A DNA stretch of 64,000 nt from positions 1 through 64,000 of IMG/VR virus record IMGVR_UViG_3300007512_000010; one strand, 5' to 3'. The stretch's first letter is position 1; each line of letters begins with the position of its first letter. Shown here in pieces: positions 52,885-62,200 of the stretch. The notes under the pieces are model-generated. The model had not been told where the DNA came from and ran no database searches. It worked only from the letters and a program-made list of their open reading frames with translations. This DNA is from an uncultured virus (IMG/VR IMGVR_UViG_3300007512_000010) (taxonomy: Duplodnaviria > Heunggongvirae > Uroviricota > Caudoviricetes). Made by a program: the position numbers and the translations under genes.

Positions 52885-55377
52885 ATGACACTCAGACAGA
52901 GAGCGCTGACAGTCGGGAACCGACGAGTTGCCTCTCTTGAGGCGTTAAAAAAGCTCCCGACAAAAGGAATCGCAGACGTAACCGATGGGCAATTTGTCAT
53001 TGTTTCCACTGTTGAGTATTCAGCAATGGTTGGGGCGACGAACTACGTCTCACTTCCTGAACAAAGCACGGTATGGTCTGGGCCTAGTTCTGGGTACGCC
53101 TCTTTAGACGGGGGCTCCCAAGATTTAGCGGCCTCTTGGACAAAGGATGAGGTCTCCCTTGTTGGTGGTGCTGGAAACGTAATTTCGGTGTGGTTCAAGT
53201 TAGACGAGTTGGTTGACTCTACGCTGTTGCATATACCCACCCTTGAATCGGCGGGAACGGGTAACACAAGTAATCCATACGGTATTCGCGGGCTGTCTCT
53301 AAATGTTGGGAACCCTGTAGACCTGAACCCTAATTATGACATGCCGGGTAACCCAACGAACGTATTCAACCTTTACGTTTCTGCGAGTCTTTCGGTTGTC
53401 GCGAACAACCAAACGTCAGCCATCCAGTTTTCCAGGCAGACCGGATATGAATTATTATCGGATAAATGGTACAACGTTGTACTAAAGATGGACAACGCAG
53501 CTAAGACGTTGACCATATTTATTAATGGTAATGAGGTGTATTCGAATAACTTAGCGTACGACGCAGAGTTATCGGCAGTGTATGAGCTTTTGGGAATTCC
53601 GCAGGTAGATATTGAGCAGATTAAATTCAACGGCGAGAACTTAATAAATACGCATAATCTATATCTGGGCTCTCATACAGACGAGGAGGGTACCAAGGGT
53701 GGGTTTTTTCCTGGCTCCATTGATGAGTTTTTCTATTTTAATAGAAACGTAAGCGCCGATGAGGTCTCTACGTCTTTTTGGGCGAATGGCTCACCTACCA
53801 TCGGCATGGTGGATTTATCACAGTGTGCACATTATTGGTCCATTGGCGACACACTCCCTATACCAACAGAGACGAACAAGGTCAGATTTGAGGGGTTAAC
53901 CTCTTCATCGGTATTTCTAGAAACGCAAGAAGAGACCAAGGTTTACAGGGAAGAGACGTTTGAGACACAAATTGTTGTACGCACTTTGGGAGAAACACCG
54001 GCTGATGGTTTTGCGGAGACCAAGTCTTACGTCCCGTTGTCAGCCAGCTTTAAGGGAACAGAGTTCTCGTTGGGGTCTGATGGCGGGTTCGGCGTATTAG
54101 TCTCTAATAGTTCCTCATCTGATTGGGATAACTTTACGGATTGGACCAAGGGGACGATAGCTATCCCCTTTTATGTGGATGCTTCTACTCTTGTGGGTAA
54201 TCAGCCCACAGGAAAGTCGTGTTTGTTTAGTTTTGGGTATGAGGCGACTACCTCTAGCGACGAAAACGGGATCAGGGTGTACCTTTCTGGTACTTCGGCT
54301 GGTGGGTTGTCTCTCCATGTTGAGTTGGTTGATACAGGGGGAACCGTTTGGTCGTTAAGCGCACTGAATAAAATTGAGAATCTAGCGTGGAACTTCTGTG
54401 TTCTAAGCTTCGATTTTACTAGGGACGATATTCCTGAAGCGGTGTCTTTGTACCTGAATAAAGAGGTGGCGGATGTCCGATACTCCGCTTCTACAGATAC
54501 GTCCGTGCGAATCACCACGTCAGCACCCACGTTTAAGCGTATTTGTTTGGGCGCGATACCTACCGAGGATAATGGGTCAATTACCTATAAGAGCCCCTTC
54601 TACGGGAAGCTTGATCAGGTTATTCTTTCTGCGCACGGTGACCCAAGTGAGCACGGAACGAACATTTTGTTTTCTGAATCTGATACAGCGTTTGAGCCGG
54701 GAAATCTTCTTAGCCACTGGAAGTTCACCGGCCAGGATTCTCTGGGTATCAACGGGGTATATGGGCCGGAAAATCGTGTAGAGAACAGTGTGTACCCAGG
54801 CACGCCGAACACCATCGAAGGCCCAGACTCTTTTGGTTTAGATCTGTTTGGTTTGGGCGTAGATACCGTTGATACGACAACATTGGTGGTCTCTGAGGGA
54901 CACAGTGGGACTACTCTCCCTGTTCCGAGGGCGGTTCCCGACAACTGGGGAACTTATTATTTCGACAAAGACCGAAAAGATTTTTCAGAGGAGTATTCCA
55001 ATGAACCCGACTATGGCTTTATAGTAGTAAGACCAGACGACAGAGATTCCGAGCAATCGGGGCGCTGGGTCTCGGTTATATCCTACTCCGTATGGACTGC
55101 ATATCTATTTGGGTCTTCACAAGCTGACCTCCGAATTGAGGAGGGTCATTTAGCTAATGTAGAAGAGGGCGACTTAGCGGTTTTTAATCGCGACGGTAAT
55201 ATCGTTCCTATCGAACCAGTAGAGCAGTGGGTCAGTCCAACCTTTTTCGCAAATGCGGTACCTCTCCCGAATAGTTCGGGGTTAAAAGGTCAACGGTGTT
55301 ATGACGGCACATATATGTATGAGTGCGTAGCTCCTAATACGTGGGTGCGTTATCCAATCACGAACGGTTGGGAATAA
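52885..55377 (+). CDS. Tail fibre/receptor-binding protein with two LamG (concanavalin A-like) domains
   Basis: ISVWFK...KWYNVVL...IFING...FFPGSIDEFFYFNRNVSADEV and a second AWNFCVLSF...FYGKLDQV...SHWKF. C-terminal PNSSGLKGQRCYDGTYMYECVAPNTWVR fibre motif. ATG 52885 after GGGAGA. Confidence 0.7.
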   Translation: MTLRQRALTVGNRRVASLEALKKLPTKGIADVTDGQFVIVSTVEYSAMVGATNYVSLPEQSTVWSGPSSGYASLDGGSQDLAASWTKDEVSLVGGAGNVISVWFKLDELVDSTLLHIPTLESAGTGNTSNPYGIRGLSLNVGNPVDLNPNYDMPGNPTNVFNLYVSASLSVVANNQTSAIQFSRQTGYELLSDKWYNVVLKMDNAAKTLTIFINGNEVYSNNLAYDAELSAVYELLGIPQVDIEQIKFNGENLINTHNLYLGSHTDEEGTKGGFFPGSIDEFFYFNRNVSADEVSTSFWANGSPTIGMVDLSQCAHYWSIGDTLPIPTETNKVRFEGLTSSSVFLETQEETKVYREETFETQIVVRTLGETPADGFAETKSYVPLSASFKGTEFSLGSDGGFGVLVSNSSSSDWDNFTDWTKGTIAIPFYVDASTLVGNQPTGKSCLFSFGYEATTSSDENGIRVYLSGTSAGGLSLHVELVDTGGTVWSLSALNKIENLAWNFCVLSFDFTRDDIPEAVSLYLNKEVADVRYSASTDTSVRITTSAPTFKRICLGAIPTEDNGSITYKSPFYGKLDQVILSAHGDPSEHGTNILFSESDTAFEPGNLLSHWKFTGQDSLGINGVYGPENRVENSVYPGTPNTIEGPDSFGLDLFGLGVDTVDTTTLVVSEGHSGTTLPVPRAVPDNWGTYYFDKDRKDFSEEYSNEPDYGFIVVRPDDRDSEQSGRWVSVISYSVWTAYLFGSSQADLRIEEGHLANVEEGDLAVFNRDGNIVPIEPVEQWVSPTFFANAVPLPNSSGLKGQRCYDGTYMYECVAPNTWVRYPITNGWE

Positions 55378-55440
55378 TATATGGCCCCAAAGCTAGACAG
55401 CGTAGAATTTTATTCGAGTAACGACCGAGCACTTTATACG

Positions 55441-55461
55441 AACGGGAGACCGTTTTTTGTT
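55441..55461 (+). terminator. Possible intrinsic terminator
   Basis: AACGG-GAGA-CCGTT (5-bp stem, GNRA loop) followed by a T-run, downstream of the LamG gene. The stem is short. Confidence 0.45.
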
Positions 55462-55563
55462 GCCCAAACCCCCCTAATATTAGGGTTCGTTGAGATAGTA
55501 GGTCTTTCTCCTGCTGTCTTGTTTGTAAACGGCCTTGAATCAATAACACAGGAGATACAACTC

Positions 55564-58377
55564 ATGGCTTTTAATTTAGCGGACTATTCAGTCCAAATCA
55601 AAGACCAGCTAGACGACGCGGTTGGGGGCATTACAGTAGCCTCAATCGACGAAGTCAGCTTAGAATCGGCAGACGTACACTGCTTGATCGATCCGAGTAC
55701 CAAACTCGGAACGAAGAAGCTTGTTATTACCACGCAATCAGGCGTGTTTAGCAAGGATCATGCAGCGATCTGTATTCCCAATGACCTTCGTTCCTTTTTC
55801 CCTTCGGAAGCTGGCGCTCGGGATGGTGCCCCCGGTGGTGATGGCGTTCTTCCATACCAACCCGGTGGGAGCCCCACTCTCTCTTTGAGTGGTTTCGGGA
55901 TGTACCACCTCAACAACGGCATCTTTTCTGCCGCTGGCTTGGGTATTCATCAGCCAGGGGTTTCTGGCCAAGCCCAGGGTTGGGTATCCGGGGCCTTGTC
56001 GGCCGGGAGCCTTGACTTTGCCGCTGGTGCTCAGATCCCGCTTATGGTCGATATTATGGACCACGCGACTGGTAACCTAAATACACTCATTGAGGTTTCT
56101 AGTGTGACCGTAGCTGGTAGGGATCAGGCTGATCGCCTCGCGGCATCTGCTGCGCTGAGCATCCCTGCTTCCGACGCGATGGCCAACTCACTGCTTCCAG
56201 AGGGCAAGAAGGACTACTCTGTCCGTCTTCGCGCTTGGGACGGTAATACTGCGTTAAGAACGGCTGTTTCGAAGAATGCGGGTGATCCCGGTGATGCACT
56301 CGCGTTTCAGATTGCTCTGGAGCCGATTGCTTCGGCTACTGCAACGATTGTTGACGCGACTGGTAGTGCTGTTGCCCTTGCGGCGGCTGATCTGACTGCG
56401 GGCGTAGGTGGAACTAGAGACCTCACGGTCACATGTGCTGCCGCTGGTTCCCGTGCGTGTCTGGGGACTCAATTGGGTCACGGTGTTACCATCACTCACG
56501 ATGTGTTCACTAGTAAGGCGTTCAACGTCAGTAACAAAGCAGTGGACCCTATTGATGCGACCGGTAAGATCCTGTCGTGTGAGTACAGCATCCCAGCCGA
56601 TTCCCCTCAGGGAACTTGGAACGTTAAGGTCTTTGGTGACCAAAACGGTGCTGGTATTGGGGTAACGGTTGGTCAGGTAACGCTGTCGGCGCAGGATATT
56701 GTCGTTAACGTCACTTCTCTCAACATCGCTTCGGTGGCCCCTGGTCCATTTGACGCTGCTGATAACCAAGCCCAAGAATGGGGCGAGATGGCTTCGTGGG
56801 CACTCGAACTGGCTGCTGGGGCAAACCTTCCCGGCGCTGGAGAGGGAACCGCTCTTTGGGGTTATCTCAAGAAGGAGTCGGGTGGAGCTACGTTCACACT
56901 ACCTCTGGAAAATGTTGCCATCATTGATGATGACTCCATGACCTTTGACGTAGACCTTCGTGCCGCTAACGATGCAAACCATCTGAATGGCGCGGACCTA
57001 GATCGTCTGAAGCACACCGGTGTCTTTACGTTGGTACTTGATGTGTATGAGCACGAAGACACTGACGCTGCTGCGGAAGAATTGTGGGGCGAGCCTGATG
57101 AGGGCGCAACCGCACTGTCTTCGGGATCGTATGATTCGGTGTTCATCACTTGTGAGAAGCCTGCTCCTCTTAATATTGCTGATACCACCCTTATGAGTGG
57201 CGCTGCAGCAGAGTACGCTGGTGTTCGAACTGCTGAGGCCGACCGTTGGGTTCAGGCGGGAACTGATTCCGCACTGGGTGCTTCTCATGATTTCGTCTAC
57301 GTTGGTGTCAACATGGCGGAAGCCGCTTACGAGGCTGGTGTAGATAACGACCCTGTTGCTGAACTTATCCAGGTCGGTTGTGAGATCACGAAGCAGGTCG
57401 ACGATGGTGCAGGCGGATGGACCACGGAAGTGGTGTCCTGTACTGTGGCTGATGACTTGGTTGCACCGCACGGTACGGGAGACAAGCTCTTCCTTATCAA
57501 TTCGGTGTTTGCTAGTGATGGCTCAACCTACAAGGAAGTCGATGGTCGGGAGCAGCGGGGTCTGAAGACTCAACTGACCCTGTCCGTGCAAGCGGTACAC
57601 GAAGTAGGCCAGTACGCGGCCAACGTCAGTACTGGTATTGAGTCTTCGCTTGACGGTGCCGGTGAAGAGGTAGAGGGTTCTCGATACGATGTTCGTATCA
57701 TGACTCGTGCTTGCGACTCCGACCAGTTCGCTGACAATGAGGCTTTGTTCTTTTCGGGAGACCGCTCGTTCTACACCTTCCCGTCCGCTATCCAGGGCGC
57801 TGATTTGGTTGATGCTTTGCTTGAGGTCGACGAGAGCGCCGCTCTTGAAGAGATCATTCAAATCGTCAGTGCACGCGGCCTCTACCCGGCACACGGCAAC
57901 GTGTTGCGGATTGCGGAACTCGCAAACACTGATATGCGTCTTTCTGGAGGAGCACCTTCCAAGATTGTCGGTGACGGCAGCGATCCCGTAAATGTTGCTG
58001 TTTCAGATCTCACCGGTGCTGTCAGCGCGGGCGTTGCGGATGTCGTTGATCTCTTTGCGCACGTTAGTGGTATCGAGATTGATTTCGTAGAAGCTGCGTC
58101 TTATGAGACTGAGGCTGGAAATCAGTTTGACGACGTTGTGAAGATGTGGATCCTTGATGTCGACACGGAGGGCTACACCGATGGTGAGCTTCTGACGGCT
58201 ATCAACGGAATGGCAGAGTACACCGGCCTTACGTCAGAGCACATTCTCCATGAGGATGCTGGCGGTAGTGAACTCATCACCTTCCAAACCAACCCGCAGG
58301 GTCTTGAGGATATTCGTATCGTCATGTTCTGCGATGGTACGGGTGGTGCCAACAGCGGTGGTGACAACATTGCGTAA
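55564..58377 (+). CDS. Acidic Ala/Gly-rich Ig-like structural protein
   Basis: ATG 55564 has a CAGGAGA SD (the track starts at 55381). IPT/Ig-like segments CEYSIPADSPQGTWNVKV and NVAIIDDDSMTFDVDL. Followed by a strong hairpin. Confidence 0.6.
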   Translation: MAFNLADYSVQIKDQLDDAVGGITVASIDEVSLESADVHCLIDPSTKLGTKKLVITTQSGVFSKDHAAICIPNDLRSFFPSEAGARDGAPGGDGVLPYQPGGSPTLSLSGFGMYHLNNGIFSAAGLGIHQPGVSGQAQGWVSGALSAGSLDFAAGAQIPLMVDIMDHATGNLNTLIEVSSVTVAGRDQADRLAASAALSIPASDAMANSLLPEGKKDYSVRLRAWDGNTALRTAVSKNAGDPGDALAFQIALEPIASATATIVDATGSAVALAAADLTAGVGGTRDLTVTCAAAGSRACLGTQLGHGVTITHDVFTSKAFNVSNKAVDPIDATGKILSCEYSIPADSPQGTWNVKVFGDQNGAGIGVTVGQVTLSAQDIVVNVTSLNIASVAPGPFDAADNQAQEWGEMASWALELAAGANLPGAGEGTALWGYLKKESGGATFTLPLENVAIIDDDSMTFDVDLRAANDANHLNGADLDRLKHTGVFTLVLDVYEHEDTDAAAEELWGEPDEGATALSSGSYDSVFITCEKPAPLNIADTTLMSGAAAEYAGVRTAEADRWVQAGTDSALGASHDFVYVGVNMAEAAYEAGVDNDPVAELIQVGCEITKQVDDGAGGWTTEVVSCTVADDLVAPHGTGDKLFLINSVFASDGSTYKEVDGREQRGLKTQLTLSVQAVHEVGQYAANVSTGIESSLDGAGEEVEGSRYDVRIMTRACDSDQFADNEALFFSGDRSFYTFPSAIQGADLVDALLEVDESAALEEIIQIVSARGLYPAHGNVLRIAELANTDMRLSGGAPSKIVGDGSDPVNVAVSDLTGAVSAGVADVVDLFAHVSGIEIDFVEAASYETEAGNQFDDVVKMWILDVDTEGYTDGELLTAINGMAEYTGLTSEHILHEDAGGSELITFQTNPQGLEDIRIVMFCDGTGGANSGGDNIA

Positions 58378-58401
58378 GTGATGTAGCCATCTAATAAAAC
58401 C

Positions 58402-58429
58402 GGGGAGGGGGGATTTTTCCCCCCTCCCC
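58402..58429. terminator. Perfect 12-bp GC-rich hairpin (terminator or mRNA-stabilising stem)
   Basis: GGGGAGGGGGGA-TTTT-TCCCCCCTCCCC, 25 nt after the 58377 stop. A-run upstream; only a weak U-tract downstream. Confidence 0.7.
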
Positions 58430-58570
58430 AACCTTATTATCTTGTAATGAAAGACTGAGACCATTTTTATACTGCTGCTTTTCAACCCAGGTCTTGGGAT
58501 ATATGATAAAAGCTGTTAGAGAAATAGGTACTTCACGCGCAGTATCTAAGTTATTTACAAGGACGCAACT

Positions 58571-59227
58571 ATGCTGTTATCCGATAAACTCGACCCGACA
58601 ATAAACGTAGCGATCGCTGTTATTAAGGATGGGAAACTAATTGAAGAGCGTTTTGGGCACAACGTCTTCACAAACACCGGGCGCAGTTGGTTGGCCAAGA
58701 TCATTGGTTCCGATAATTACAGCCAAGACCCCCCGAGCCCACACAACACAGACAAGATCAAGTACATCGGTTTCGGTTGTGGTGGAGCCCTACAAACAGA
58801 CACCGACTTTGCGACAGGCCAGACTGAATTAGTTACAGTAACGGCTATCCAAGACCCAATCCCGATTAGCGTTGATTTCGACCAGAGGCTATACCTGAAA
58901 CAGGTAGACAATCAATCGAATGATAGTGTCTATTTTCCGGGTGATTTTCGTACTAGGTTTATCTGTGATATTGCTGAGGATGAGCTATCTTTTGCTGGGA
59001 ACGTTACGAGGGTGTCTAATGTGGAAGTGGGAACGAGCGTTCCCATCACAGAGGCTGGCTTGTATTTGAGTTCCGCAAATCCGAGGTACACGCATGAAGC
59101 CAACCCGCCTCTCCCAGAAGAGGCAGATCCTGCAGCGTCTAATTACCTAGTCGCGTACAATATCTTTGATCCTATTCACGTGACGCCAAATGTTATTCTT
59201 CGCGTAGAGTGGGAAATTCGTTTCTAG
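58571..59227 (+). CDS. Tail-collar/fibre-attachment-like protein
   Basis: HNVFTNTGRSWLA...YIGFGCGG...ITEAGLY...LVAYNIFDPIHVT...LRVEWEIRF resembles phage tail-fibre N-terminal/collar proteins. Confidence 0.6.
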   Translation: MLLSDKLDPTINVAIAVIKDGKLIEERFGHNVFTNTGRSWLAKIIGSDNYSQDPPSPHNTDKIKYIGFGCGGALQTDTDFATGQTELVTVTAIQDPIPISVDFDQRLYLKQVDNQSNDSVYFPGDFRTRFICDIAEDELSFAGNVTRVSNVEVGTSVPITEAGLYLSSANPRYTHEANPPLPEEADPAASNYLVAYNIFDPIHVTPNVILRVEWEIRF

Positions 59228-59233
59228 GAGCAT

Positions 59234-62200
59234 ATGATGTCCTATAAGTATTTTGGGCGGTTAGTTGGGAAGGTATCTACGGGCGAGAAGGCACTAACCG
59301 AGTCTGCCCCAGCAAATACACTTACCCCGTTCGACCCACAGCAACCGGCCACAAAGTTTATGGCCTATGGGGAAGACGCTACTAGTCTAGCGTTTAACCG
59401 GGCTCTTGCAGCATTAGCGACTAATATCGAATCTATTAGTTCGGTACTAAATGCGATCACGCTAAAGAGCGCCGTGATCTCTCCCATGCAACTCTGGAAC
59501 GACGACGATTTCATGTCCGGTGGTTGGACCGGCGAAATTCTGTGGATGCGGGGCTCAGTCGTACTTAGCGATAATCACGATGTTGGTGATCAAGCCGACA
59601 TGATGAATGCGGCACTTACCACCAGCGATGATTTGGTAAGAACCGGTAAGACGGATTTACACCTTTCTGGTGGGACTAACGCAAGCGGAAGAGTCCCCGC
59701 TCAGTGGGTATACGTTGGGCAGACCCCCAACGAACTTCAAAGGCACGTCAAATTCCATAGGGTAGAAGGACAGTACGGTGGGGGAGTCCCCGGTGGCGGA
59801 GGTGCCGTACACCCAGAAGGGGCCACGGACTTATCTGTAGTTGCGAACCCCAATGAGACTGGTGGCCTCCAGCCTATCCAAGATACGCACCACACAGTTT
59901 GTCCTAGCGACGTATTTGAGAACGATACCGAGTACAACAGCGGTACAGGGTATTCGTACCACCAACCAAAGTACAAGAATCAAGAACAGCGCTTTTTGAC
60001 CAGCCAAGCTGCGTCAGGAATACCGCTGTATATCCCCCCAGTTAAGCGCATTAAAACAGACCTTCCGCCCTATAGTGGAAACGAGCGATATGCACGTATT
60101 GCCGAATGGGACACAGACGGCTTGTACATCAAAGACTACTCCTTTGATGAGTTGTATCTGAAGCCAGGGTGTTTCGTTGAAATCACCGGTGACGGTGCTG
60201 AGGGAGCCCAGGCAGGTAATAATGGACTTTTTCAGATTGCCGAAATTGTACCGGCTGACGCGAAACCGCCTACCGGAACCGGGTCAAAGGTCATCCTTAC
60301 ACGCGGGGGCCTCCATAAAGTAACTGTTCGAGATTACATGCAGTTTATGGAGGGGGAGTTTGTCTCTTGGAGAACCGCCCCGTATCACCAAGATTCGGGT
60401 GATCCTACAGATCCTGAAAGTACGGCGCTGAACCCGGCGCTTAGATCGAACTTTGCGCACATCGCGTTTGTCGTCCCACGCCCCGATCTCCTCAGAGATG
60501 ATCGCCCCGATGAGCGACCTGGAGACCTGTACCTGTCCGCAAGTACGGATACCACCAGATTCGTAACGAAAAACTACGACGGTGCTGACGGTTCTTACGA
60601 TTGGTCTCGCGGTGTTGCTCATGCTAGCGGTGGGGTAACGACGTACAACAGGTACGGCGGGCAACGCTCACGAAACAGCGTCGGCCTCCCCGATAAGGAG
60701 GACGGCGCGGAACAAAACTGGGGCCTCCTTCCCGGCACCTTCTTATTCCACGGACACGCACACATCTGGCCAGAAGACCACTCCGCAGGAGAGTGGGGCA
60801 TGGCCGCAGCTATCGGAGATATCAAGTTTGGCTCCGATGTTTTAGGTCCAGATGATGGTGTTCATAATGGCGTTGTTGCTGCTGGTGAGCCAGTCCTGTT
60901 CTCTTTGGAAACTGCTCCCGGCCTAATCTATGGTTGCGCTCCGTCTGGGTTTATTCTGAACCCTGTCCTTACCTTCCAAGACGGGAAGTCTTTTTATAGT
61001 GGTTCGTACCAAGCGCACATCAAAACCCTAAGCACCGTTCGAGAGAACCTGCTGTCAGCGATTAAGCCTGACTTCTTTACTGAGGGTCTAAACTTAGACG
61101 CAGGGCTTGATTTTGCGGACGCTATGAAGCTCCGAGGGTGGCAGTCGTTTCTACGCACAGGAACAGACGCCGAGATTGATAAGCAAACTACCGTAGAGCT
61201 TCCTTTGGGCGTTGGGCCTGGGATACCACACCCAAGAAATGATGGGTTGAACACGACGGACTCCCCAACCGCCCAGATACTTGGGAGTAGTTTGTGGGAG
61301 CTATACGTCGAGTGCACGGTTGCCGGTAAGCCTACGCTCACAGAAGCTTGGGAGGATAGTACGTGGGGCTGCTGGGGTGACTGGGTTCGGTTTGAGCACC
61401 CAGATAGTAATGTAGGTACTCATAAATTCCGCAGATATGCCGGGAAAATAATTTCAGCCGTCGCTGATCCAAACAACGATCAATGCGGAACAATCATTGT
61501 CGGGAGCGTTCACGCAGAACCTGAAGACGATGGCCCCGAACACGATCACCTAACTTTAGTGGGTCCAGGCGGATACCCATTCCAGGCTACTGACCAGAAT
61601 GGTACGCATGGTGATGCCGCTGGCGGCAGTACTTTTTACACAGATGGTGGCGATACTTGGCAGGTTAAGTACATCACCAAGGCCCCCGTTGTAACTAATT
61701 CTGAGGGTGTTAGTTTCGTTCCGTCACACGGACTGAATGCTGCTTACCACAACAACTTCTCTGCTAACGAGAATATGCGGTATTCGGGGCTAGTGAGCCC
61801 CGTGGACGGGCGAGCGGTTCAGTCTGCTACCGGTAACACCATCTATGAAAACCCGATGCGGCCGTTCACACTTGTTTTGCCAAACTGGCAGGACTGGGAA
61901 CGCTTTATCTGGCTTAGGTCCGATGCTGACCATGTCACCTTGGTCCGTTTGGACAGCAAACACCATGACTATGACGACGTTTGGTCTACCAACACCGAGC
62001 GCGAACAGGGGGCTCGGGTACGGATAGGGTACGGAAGGCTTAACGCTATTGCTCCACGGAAACAGGTGGATGATGACGGGGATAGCGAGATCGACACGAT
62101 CAAGTCCCAGGACGATTCCCTGACCTGGGCTAGTTCTACAGGTTATCACTACAACGTCTTTGGATTGGATAATTGGTACGCCTGGGCGCATGGCACTGTT

